Source: Cognaticolwellia sp. (GTDB lineage: Bacteria > Myxococcota_A > UBA796 > CAJQPC01). Taken from it: 48,432 nucleotides of DNA. Positions 1 to 7,321 of the stretch are shown one piece after another. Positions within the stretch are counted from its first letter, which is position 1. Each line of letters opens with the position of its first letter. The DNA lies in assembly GCA_047621545.1 (NCBI GenBank), contig JBLHMA010000002.1, positions 1 through 48,432 of the forward strand, in the 5' to 3' direction. Below the pieces are notes generated by a model. The model was not told where the DNA came from, searched no databases, and saw only the letters and a list, made by a program, of their open reading frames with translations. The position numbers were made by a program, and so were the translations under genes.

Positions 1-130
1 CTATCCCACGTCGGGCGTGGAGAGTGGGCAGAGGGCCGCCTTGCCAGTAGTCACCACCGTATATGAGACCAGCGCCAAGCTCCCAGGCAGGTGCCGGTCC
101 GAGAACCAGCGCGGCGGCCAATAGGGTCAT
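1..130 (-). CDS. Partial CDS (first 43 codons, continues past the left window edge): small secreted beta-rich protein, paralog of 453..998 and 995..1498
   Basis: My own reverse-strand translation from the ATG at 130-128 gives MTLLAAALVLGPAPAWELGAGLIYGGDYWQGGPLPTLHARRGI..., with no in-frame stop before position 1. The start looks like a signal peptide. It is followed by the motif P-x-W-E-[LV]-[GS]-[AG]-G, which the two upstream paralogs also carry. It is too short to appear in the ORF track. Confidence 0.4.
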   Translation of the reverse strand, partial: MTLLAAALVLGPAPAWELGAGLIYGGDYWQGGPLPTLHARRGI

Positions 131-210
131 TCAGTCTCCTCCCGACGCGTCGGCGTAAAGCTCACGCCCCAAGACACCATAGCCAACTGATTCCAGATCA
201 GGTTGAAGAA

Positions 211-456
211 TCAGATCTGGAATGAGAGGTTCCCAACATTGCGGTACCAGCCGAGGCTCAGGTAGGGATCGACCCGACCCGTTCGAAGGAGGCAGCCCGA
301 GCGACCCCCAACGGGTCCAATCCCAAACCCAATTCCTGTGTGGACAGCGGACATACTATGGGTGTACCTGCTGTAGTGGGTGACTCCCAAGTCTGCGGAA
401 AGGTCAACCGGCTTAGCTAAAGAAACAGCGTTCACAAGCAGGATAACGGAGTTCAT
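211..456 (-). CDS. Small secreted hypothetical protein (81 aa)
   Basis: Internal ATG of ORF 211..516 gives MNSVILLVNAVSLAKPVDL..., a signal-peptide-like N-terminus. Its ATG overlaps the stop of the upstream gene as ATGA (453-456). Third-position GC is lower than in the neighbours, so the coding status is less certain. Confidence 0.4.
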   Translation of the reverse strand: MNSVILLVNAVSLAKPVDLSADLGVTHYSRYTHSMSAVHTGIGFGIGPVGGRSGCLLRTGRVDPYLSLGWYRNVGNLSFQI

Positions 457-998
457 ATCGGGAGCTCTCCCGGCTTGAATCGCGCGTCCTCCGCCGCAGA
501 GCCCTTCCAGGTCCAACTCAGGCCGAGCAGAACAAGAGAAGACTCAAAGTACGGGTACAAGGACGACGTACTGTCGTCCGCGACGAGCAGTCGTCCTTCT
601 CCCCACACGCACAGCGTCGGCGTGGTCTGGTAGTAAGCCCGCCCTCCAAGGTACCCAAAGTAGCGTCGGCGCTCCAACCAGGTTGAGGACTCAAAGAGCG
701 CAGAGTTCGGCTCGAGCCAGGTCCCGCTGTAGCCTATGCCCATCGACGCGCAAGCGCCCAGGCGCTGCGCTTTGCACAAGGACAGCTCGCCTTCCAGGTC
801 CCGCAGTTGAGGCCGCCACCCCACGCCAAACTGTATCGGACCCCAGCCGCGGCGGAGAGCCAACTGTACGCCGAGCTTCGGATCCAGAGAGCGGTCACTC
901 TGATAGGCCCCTGCGCTAACCTCCCACAGTGGGGTCAAATTCGCTGGCCCCGGGACCGGCTCCAGCGCCAATGCGACAGCGACAAGAAACGACCTCAT
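453..998 (-). CDS. Secreted beta-rich hypothetical protein (181 aa), possible small outer-membrane beta-barrel
   Basis: Internal ATG of ORF 453..1094 gives MRSFLVAVALALEPVPG.... It overlaps the upstream stop as ATGA (995-998). The sequence shows an alternating aromatic/Gly beta-strand pattern and the PLWEVSAG motif after the signal peptide. Confidence 0.6.
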   Translation of the reverse strand: MRSFLVAVALALEPVPGPANLTPLWEVSAGAYQSDRSLDPKLGVQLALRRGWGPIQFGVGWRPQLRDLEGELSLCKAQRLGACASMGIGYSGTWLEPNSALFESSTWLERRRYFGYLGGRAYYQTTPTLCVWGEGRLLVADDSTSSLYPYFESSLVLLGLSWTWKGSAAEDARFKPGELPI

Positions 999-1498
999 GG
1001 TTGCCCCTGGGGAGGAGGCAAGCGCCAGAGGAGGTGGCGCTTGTGGCGGGTCAGCGTCACGCCAGTAAACACCAAAGGCGGCCCCATTCTCCACCCTTCC
1101 ACATAGTAAGCTCTGTTGGAGCGGGCGTCCATATAGAGCGCCACTGCAGGTGCCAAAGGATAACTGACCCTAAGACTCAAGAAATGGAGAGCCGCGCTCG
1201 AGTACGTGTCCCCCAGAATATACCAGCTGTTGGCCCAGCCCCGCCCCGCTCCTGCACAGACCCAAAGACGCTCCTCGACGCACAACGACACAGAGACTGC
1301 GCGGTATATACCGGGCAGCCCTTCAACGGCCAACTGTGCTGGACCGATGCTCCTACGAAGATGAACAGACGGATAATAGGACAAACTGCCGCGAGAAATC
1401 CCTCCACCAACTTCCCAAACAGGCTGCCGACTGCGGTCCACCTCTCGTACATCATCGATGGCAGCGAAGGCGGGCAGACAGAGAACAAGGGCGATCAT
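995..1498 (-). CDS. Secreted beta-rich hypothetical protein (167 aa), paralog of 453..998
   Basis: Signal-peptide-like start MIALVLCLPAFAAIDD, followed by the PVWEVGGG motif. Its ATG overlaps the stop of the 738-aa gene as ATGA (1495-1498). Confidence 0.6.
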   Translation of the reverse strand: MIALVLCLPAFAAIDDVREVDRSRQPVWEVGGGISRGSLSYYPSVHLRRSIGPAQLAVEGLPGIYRAVSVSLCVEERLWVCAGAGRGWANSWYILGDTYSSAALHFLSLRVSYPLAPAVALYMDARSNRAYYVEGWRMGPPLVFTGVTLTRHKRHLLWRLPPPQGQP

Positions 1499-3711
1499 AG
1501 GCCACCGCCCGGGAGAGGCTCTTCCTCAAAGCCTTCCAGCCGGCAGGCGCGTAAGCAAGCCTGGTACTCCGAGAGGCTGATCGCAAACCCAGATGAGGCT
1601 TGTTCAAGGCAGGCCTCGACGCAGGGATCAGTATGCGAAGGCCCAAACTCCCCCCCCGTGCTGGGTCTGTCACAGCTGAGAGCCTCCTCGCTGCCACGGC
1701 TTGAACACCTTCCGACGCTACAAAAGTTGGGGTCGGAGACAAAGAAACCCGGCTCCACCAAGTCGCAACTGTAGTCAATATAGCCGTAGCCGGAGGACGC
1801 CCACGATGCGGTATCGAGCTTGCAGTCTCCCAACTTTCCAACCTTCTCAGCTCCGCAAGCGCAAGGATCACTGGCGTCGGATGAACACGCGTCATCGACG
1901 ACCAAGCGCACCGCATCCAATGGGAGTTGCTCCGCCGAGGTCACCGCTGGATAGTCTCCGACGCCTTCTACAGCCCACTCCCCCATAGGCAGGCCATTCT
2001 GCCCCATGGTCTTGCACAACCAACGCTGAGCCGCGATCTCAAAGCAGCAATTCCACGGACAGTGGCAGCCTTGCCCCATGAAGCTGTGACCCATTTCGTG
2101 TATCAGGGTTCGCCCGCTCCCGGCGATCATGCGCAAAGCGTAGCGCCCTATGTATTCCGCGCCACGCAGGTGCGAGAAGGAATAGGTTTGCCGTCCGTAA
2201 TCAAGGCTCATCCGGGCCCAGAAAAGAATCTGGTCTGCCACACAGGCGTCAAAGGCAACGGCCCAGGACTTGGTCTTCACACTTGCATCAGTTGACGGAG
2301 AGTACCCACCAGGACAAGTCCCATCTTCGGGCCGGTATCCAGAAGCCTTGGTCCCCGAGGGGTCGACATTCCCAGCCCACACCGAGGGTCCATCCTCCCA
2401 AATAGGAGTCCAGTCGTTCCATGCCTTAAAGCTGTCACAGTTCGGAAAGTCCGGCTTGAAGCCCTCCTTGCAATTCTGTCCAGAAGACAACTCAATCCCA
2501 ACGCAATCGTTCCGCGCCCGATCATCCATGCCGTCGACGCTCCCTCCAAAAATGTCCCACCGAAAGCGACAAGCGAAACGCGATTTCCCACTCTCCTGTC
2601 GTCTAGGCTGGTTCTCCGCTCGGAGCCCACTCAGGGAGTTCGCAACATAATTCCCAAACCCAGAGCAGAAGTCGGTTCCGGTGTAGTCATCCCGAACCTC
2701 CGACCACCCCACGTAGACTAGTTTCATCACCTGCTGCAGATAGACCCGGGGCGCTCCCTTCCCATACCACCAGAACAAGTAGTCCCCCTTGTCGAATGAT
2801 GTTGGAATATTGTAGCAGCCAATCAAGCTGTCAACCGTGCTCCACAAGGGACCGGTGTCGCGTTGAAAGTTCGGCCATACAAAATCAAGGGTGTAGTCCA
2901 CAGAACTGACCATCCCTCCCGGACTAGACTGGAAGCGGCCACCCTCCATCTCCAAGTAGTCTTTGATGTACTCCACAAACCAAGACGCTGGAACGCAGAA
3001 CTTGACCTCGCGATATTGATACTCGATCGCAAAGAAGCTGCGCACATCCAGGTCATCACACTCAGCCTTTGCCCAACCATGCCCCAGCTGTTCCTCGAAA
3101 GAGGGTTCAAGGGCGATGGACTCCCCTACAGCGGCCGCCGACTTGGCCTTGGGCAAGGTGTCATAGACGCTCCTCTTACGATTGGCAGTCGGCCGCTGGG
3201 ATCGTAGCGGGTAGAGTACACAGCACTTCTGTCCTTCTGGCCTACTCTTCAGGGCCTGGGACAACGCCAGCCCAATGTTTTGCCCATCCATGGCCAAACC
3301 TGCCAGCCCAGGAATCAGCAACACCGACCTGGCTTGTGGGGTTAAAAGCTCCGTCTTGCTTGCCTTTGGCCAAAGAATCGTCTCCGACGGTTCCCAAGAC
3401 ACCCCGCACTCAGGCGGTACGGGAACTCGCAGCGCAATACTTGGGGAGAAACGCTGCTCAGGCAGCACATCCCTAAAGACCGCCTTCTGCCCCTGGCGCG
3501 GCGCTGACTTTCGGACTTGGGATTCCTCGGCAGGCTGAAGCGTCTCCGTCCTGCTACCGGATTGATGCGAACCACAGCCACAATCGGCGCCACAGCCACC
3601 TGGGGGCTTGCCCCCGCAGCCGCAATCACTGGCATTTGAGCCACCGCAGCCGCAAGAACCTGACCCACTGCTGCAGCCACAGCTGCCTTTGGACTGTGCT
3701 CGCATCACCAT
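1495..3711 (-). CDS. Cys-rich putative zinc metallopeptidase (HExxH) with an N-terminal CGC-repeat tract and no recognisable signal peptide
   Basis: 738-aa ORF. HEMGH lies at residues 538-542 (nt 2086-2100, checked by reverse translation) in the context LIHEMGHSFMGQGCHC. I count 39 Cys in total, 9 of them within residues 11-46 (SCGCSSGSGSCGCGGSNASDCGCGGKPPGGCGADCGCG). An AAGGAG ribosome-binding site sits at the end of the upstream gene. Confidence 0.8.
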   Translation of the reverse strand: MVMRAQSKGSCGCSSGSGSCGCGGSNASDCGCGGKPPGGCGADCGCGSHQSGSRTETLQPAEESQVRKSAPRQGQKAVFRDVLPEQRFSPSIALRVPVPPECGVSWEPSETILWPKASKTELLTPQARSVLLIPGLAGLAMDGQNIGLALSQALKSRPEGQKCCVLYPLRSQRPTANRKRSVYDTLPKAKSAAAVGESIALEPSFEEQLGHGWAKAECDDLDVRSFFAIEYQYREVKFCVPASWFVEYIKDYLEMEGGRFQSSPGGMVSSVDYTLDFVWPNFQRDTGPLWSTVDSLIGCYNIPTSFDKGDYLFWWYGKGAPRVYLQQVMKLVYVGWSEVRDDYTGTDFCSGFGNYVANSLSGLRAENQPRRQESGKSRFACRFRWDIFGGSVDGMDDRARNDCVGIELSSGQNCKEGFKPDFPNCDSFKAWNDWTPIWEDGPSVWAGNVDPSGTKASGYRPEDGTCPGGYSPSTDASVKTKSWAVAFDACVADQILFWARMSLDYGRQTYSFSHLRGAEYIGRYALRMIAGSGRTLIHEMGHSFMGQGCHCPWNCCFEIAAQRWLCKTMGQNGLPMGEWAVEGVGDYPAVTSAEQLPLDAVRLVVDDACSSDASDPCACGAEKVGKLGDCKLDTASWASSGYGYIDYSCDLVEPGFFVSDPNFCSVGRCSSRGSEEALSCDRPSTGGEFGPSHTDPCVEACLEQASSGFAISLSEYQACLRACRLEGFEEEPLPGGGL

Positions 3712-3714
3712 GGC

Positions 3715-4056
3715 CTACTCCTTCGCCACAAGGTCGAGGAGAGCAACGGGGTCACCCGCAAAGGTCCCAACCCCCGCGACGCGAACGAAACGCATAAAGG
3801 TGGTCGTATCCAAGACACCCCCTGTACCGTTGCTATCTACAACCCAGGAGATGCCAGGGATGTCGATGTAGGCCCCCTCCTCGTCGATTGCGGCATGTTG
3901 AACCACAAGCTGTGCACCAGCCGTGCCGCTGCCAGCCTTAAGCAGCCGAAGGTGGAACACCACTTGCCGGTATGCTCCCAAATCCACTGCGTCCTGGCTC
4001 TGGGGGCCTTGGGTGATGGTTCCTGCATCCATGAGTCGTACGTACTGTCCTGCCAT
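3715..4056 (-). CDS. Hypothetical small protein (113 aa), first gene of the operon
   Basis: Clean ORF with high third-position GC. It has no signal peptide and a beta-rich composition. Its stop lies 3 nt before the ATG of the 738-aa gene. I recognise no family. Confidence 0.65.
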   Translation of the reverse strand: MAGQYVRLMDAGTITQGPQSQDAVDLGAYRQVVFHLRLLKAGSGTAGAQLVVQHAAIDEEGAYIDIPGISWVVDSNGTGGVLDTTTFMRFVRVAGVGTFAGDPVALLDLVAKE

Positions 4057-4189
4057 CTTTGTATCTCCAAGCTGGTTTCGCTATCGAAGAGCTCGAAAGC
4101 GACGTTCGCCCCCCCCAATCGATGAGACATAAGGAACATGCCATGCTTTCCCTTGGTCGTCAATGAGATTCCAGAGAAAAGACCAAGCC

Positions 4190-4600
4190 CTACTTCCCGT
4201 CCCGCACCGGCACCCCAAACTTGCCAAAGTGCTCGATCAAGATGTGCCCAGCGATGTAGTTCGTCGCCAAGGGGACCTCGTGCACATCACACAGTCTCAT
4301 GAGCATCTGCACATCGGGTTCGTGGGGGTGCTTGTCCAGTGGGTCGCGGAAGAAGACCACTCCTTGCACCTCCCCCTTGGTGACCATCGCGGCGATCTCC
4401 GCATCTCCGCCAAGCGGTCCAGAGTGCACACGCTCGACCTTGGTGATGCCAGCATCCAAGATCAGAGTGCCGGTGGTTCCGGTGGTGACAATGTCCACCT
4501 CCTCCCGGTTGAAGAACTCCAGGCGCTTCATGACGAAGGAGACCATCGAGGCCTTCTTTCCGTCATGGGCAATCAGGGCGACGCGCATCCGCTTCGGCAC
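4190..4600 (-). CDS. mgsA: Methylglyoxal synthase
   Basis: 136 aa with the hallmark MgsA motifs ALIAHDGKK, TTGTTG, GPLGGDAEI and FFRDPL..HPHEPDV..L.RL..VH.VPLATN. Confidence 0.93.
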   Translation of the reverse strand: MPKRMRVALIAHDGKKASMVSFVMKRLEFFNREEVDIVTTGTTGTLILDAGITKVERVHSGPLGGDAEIAAMVTKGEVQGVVFFRDPLDKHPHEPDVQMLMRLCDVHEVPLATNYIAGHILIEHFGKFGVPVRDGK

Positions 4601-4624
4601 AGCAGCTCCAGGCTTTGGGCAAGC

Positions 4625-5461
4625 TTAGCCTCTGGTGGAGTAGAGACCCACACCTTGTGCACCAGCCGTGACATCCCAGCCCAGGTAGTCCACGGGTCCG
4701 GACTGCATCAAAGACAAGATGCGTCCCTGTCCCACGGCGTCCGTGGCAGCCAGGAGCCCGACCAGCTCTGCGCTGGGCTCTCCGATGTCCAACTTGGCGC
4801 CATCCTTCAGTCCCTCCGCGCCTATGCGAATGCTCGCGAAGCGCTGGGCGTCCTCCAGCTCAAGCTCTTGCAGCCGGGCAATGGTGGCTTGGGGGATGGA
4901 GCGCGTTGGCAACCAGGCAAGCGTGCGTTGCCAGCCAGGAGCACCGGGAGGCTGGGCAAAGTACAGCTTGTGCTCCAGGGCCCGACTCTCCCCTTCAAGC
5001 GTCCAAGACTGCGCCACGAAGTGCACCTTGGGGCAGCCCAGAATCTGCGCGGTGTGGGCAATGCCAAGCAGGCTCTTGCGGTCCACGCCGTCCTGGTTCA
5101 ACCACTGCAGCACGGTCTCCACAGGAGGGCGGCGGCGGAAGTAGAGCGAGATCTCCCGGGGACCGCTGGCCCCAAAGTCCACCTTGAGAAAGACACGCCG
5201 GCCCTCGAAGCGGTTCATCCACAGAGTCGCCCGCGCGAGGTCGGGCCGGCCCGCGTTTTGGAGCCCGAAATGCGCCATCAGCCGCAGCACCCGCTCGCAG
5301 TAGTCCGGCCCGTCTCCGTTGATCATCGCGCCCACACCACCCCGGTGGCTGTGCACGGAGAGCTCCAAGGGGGCCACCGGCTCCAAGAAGCGCACTAGGT
5401 CCAAGCCAGGCTGAGTCGGGAGACCTTGGTGGACGAGCAGATCGCTGAGACGTTGGTGCAT
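4625..5461 (-). CDS. Hypothetical protein (278 aa), possible PT-barrel (ABBA prenyltransferase-like) architecture
   Basis: Five beta-hairpin-like segments recur, separated by helical stretches: FLKVDFGASGPREISLYF, VHFVAQSW...HKLYFAQP, FASIRIGAEGLKDGAKLDIG, LGWDVTAGAQGVGLYS. The fold assignment is inference only. Confidence 0.7.
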   Translation of the reverse strand: MHQRLSDLLVHQGLPTQPGLDLVRFLEPVAPLELSVHSHRGGVGAMINGDGPDYCERVLRLMAHFGLQNAGRPDLARATLWMNRFEGRRVFLKVDFGASGPREISLYFRRRPPVETVLQWLNQDGVDRKSLLGIAHTAQILGCPKVHFVAQSWTLEGESRALEHKLYFAQPPGAPGWQRTLAWLPTRSIPQATIARLQELELEDAQRFASIRIGAEGLKDGAKLDIGEPSAELVGLLAATDAVGQGRILSLMQSGPVDYLGWDVTAGAQGVGLYSTRG

Positions 5462-5470
5462 CTCTAGAGC

Positions 5471-6067
5471 CTACTCCGGCGACCTGGGCGGCGGCACCAT
5501 CAAGGACAGCCCTCCCTGCATCTCCCAGGCAGCGAGCTGCTGGACAGGAACGCCGCCAGAGCGAATCTCCGTGCGGCGTAGATCTCCAAACACGCGCACC
5601 ACGGGCACCAAAGCGATGCGGTCACCCCAGACCGGAATGGCCACCCCGCTCTCAATACCGATGACCGGAATGACGGTGTTGGCGACCAGCTCTCCGCTGT
5701 CCTCGTAGCGGCGCACCGAGACCCCACCCATGGCCGTGAGGATGGGACTCCACGGCCCGCCAGCAGCCCACTGGGCGCAGATCAGCGTCTCCACTGGCTG
5801 CAGCGTTCGCTCTTCTCCCAAGCGGGGCAGGGGGCGCGGATAGCCCCAGTCGACCTCCACCCCCAAGCGAACGCCAGACGGAGTGGTCACACCGCCACGG
5901 ATCCAGGCGTTGGCACCCCACCAGGTCGCGTCACGGCGGGCCACGACAAAGCTGCCCTGAACCCAGGGGGCCGACGCCAACTCCACAGCGCCAAACAGGC
6001 CCCCTCCTTGGGGACCTGTTCCAGTAGGGACAGCCAGCGCAGCCCCAACCAGCAAACCTGCGATCAC
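5471..6067 (-). CDS. Secreted beta-rich hypothetical protein (198 aa), possible small OM beta-barrel
   Basis: The GTG start overlaps the sucB stop as GTGA (6064-6067). N-terminus is [16 protein letters not shown], followed by an alternating beta-strand pattern. Confidence 0.65.
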   Translation of the reverse strand: MIAGLLVGAALAVPTGTGPQGGGLFGAVELASAPWVQGSFVVARRDATWWGANAWIRGGVTTPSGVRLGVEVDWGYPRPLPRLGEERTLQPVETLICAQWAAGGPWSPILTAMGGVSVRRYEDSGELVANTVIPVIGIESGVAIPVWGDRIALVPVVRVFGDLRRTEIRSGGVPVQQLAAWEMQGGLSLMVPPPRSPE

Positions 6068-7254
6068 ACCTCGAGGAGGATGCGCTCAGGCGCCTCGACC
6101 AGCTGCTTGACCTTGACCAAGAAGCTCACAGCCTCTCGCCCGTCGATGATGCGGTGGTCGTAGGACAGGGCCAGGTACATCATCGGACGCAGCTCGATGT
6201 TGGTGCCAACCGCCACGGGGCGCTGCTGCATGGCGTGCATGCCCAAGATGGCGACCTGGGGTGGGTTGATGATGGGGGTGCTCATCAGGGAACCGAACAC
6301 ACCCCCATTGGAGATGGTGAAGGTCCCGTCCTTGAAGTCGTCCATCGTCAGCTTGTTGTCCCGCGCGCGGCCGGCCAGCTCGCGGATGCCACCCTCGGTC
6401 TGGGCCATGCTCAGACGGTCGGCGTCGCGCAGCACCGGCACGGTCAGGCCCTTGGGCCCCGAGACCGCGACACCGATGTTGTAGTAGCGCTTGTAGAGGA
6501 TCTCATTGCCGTCGATCTCGGCGTTGGCAGCAGGGAACTCCTTGAGAGCTTCCACGCAGGCCTTGACGAAGAAAGGCATGAAGCCCAGCTTGAAGCCGTT
6601 CTTCTTAACGAAGGCGTCCTGGTAGGTCTTGCGCAGGGCCAGGATGCCGCTCATGTCCACTTCGTTGAAAGTGGTCAGCAACGCAGCGTCTTGCTGGGCC
6701 TGAACCAAGCGGCGCGCGATGGTGCGCCGCAGCGGGCTCATCTTGACGCGCTCAACGCGGCGCTCGCTCGGGGCCGGTGCGGGCTGAGCCACTCCACCAT
6801 TGGCCACCGCAGCCGCCTGCTGGCCGGCGTCCACGTCACCAGAAAGAATGCGACCGCGCTTGCCAGAGCCAGCGACCGTGGTCAGGTCAACGCCCTTTTC
6901 GGAGGCGGCTTGGCGGGCGGCAGGTCCAGCCGGTCCACCGGGGGCGGCATCGGAGACAGGAGCCGCAGGAGCCGCAGGAGCCGCAGGAGCCGCAGGAGCC
7001 GCATCGCCCCTGGCCTGGGTCTCATCGATGCGAGCGACCACAGTGCCGATATCAACCTCGTCGCCGTCTTCACCAATGAGCTCGGTGATGACGCCGGAGA
7101 CAGGCGAAGGAACGCCCATGGACGCCTTGTCGGAGTCGATCTCCAAGACGGTGTCACCAGCGTTTACGTAGTCCCCAACGGAGACGGCAAAGCCGGCAAT
7201 AAATACGGAGGGAATGGACTCCCCCACTTGCGGAATCTGCAGTTCGGTGGCCAT
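6064..7254 (-). CDS. sucB: Dihydrolipoyllysine-residue succinyltransferase (2-oxoglutarate dehydrogenase E2)
   Basis: Lipoyl domain with [15 protein letters not shown], an Ala/Pro linker, and a catalytic C-terminus with [13 protein letters not shown]. Start set at the internal ATG ([13 protein letters not shown], cat at 7252-7254). The Arg/Pro-rich 56-codon upstream extension of the ORF looks non-coding. Confidence 0.95.
   Translation of the reverse strand: MATELQIPQVGESIPSVFIAGFAVSVGDYVNAGDTVLEIDSDKASMGVPSPVSGVITELIGEDGDEVDIGTVVARIDETQARGDAAPAAPAAPAAPAAPVSDAAPGGPAGPAARQAASEKGVDLTTVAGSGKRGRILSGDVDAGQQAAAVANGGVAQPAPAPSERRVERVKMSPLRRTIARRLVQAQQDAALLTTFNEVDMSGILALRKTYQDAFVKKNGFKLGFMPFFVKACVEALKEFPAANAEIDGNEILYKRYYNIGVAVSGPKGLTVPVLRDADRLSMAQTEGGIRELAGRARDNKLTMDDFKDGTFTISNGGVFGSLMSTPIINPPQVAILGMHAMQQRPVAVGTNIELRPMMYLALSYDHRIIDGREAVSFLVKVKQLVEAPERILLEV
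6957..7003. repeat. Perfect 9-bp tandem repeat (agccgcagg, about 4.8 copies) inside sucB, encoding the (AAP)n linker
   Basis: Read directly: agccgcagg occurs 4 times at 6961-6996, plus a partial fifth copy. It translates on the minus strand to [16 protein letters not shown]. Confidence 0.9.
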
Positions 7255-7321
7255 GAATTGAGAACCTTTGAAACGTGAGTCGAAACGGGGGGCGTGAGGG
7301 GCTCTGCCCCGCACACGACAA

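Noticed and set aside
1-3. An apparent TAG (cta on the plus strand) that seemed to terminate the small ORF starting at 130, making a complete 42-aa peptide.
   Set aside because: Codon-by-codon recount shows the TAG is out of frame. The ORF is open to the window edge, so it is a partial gene.
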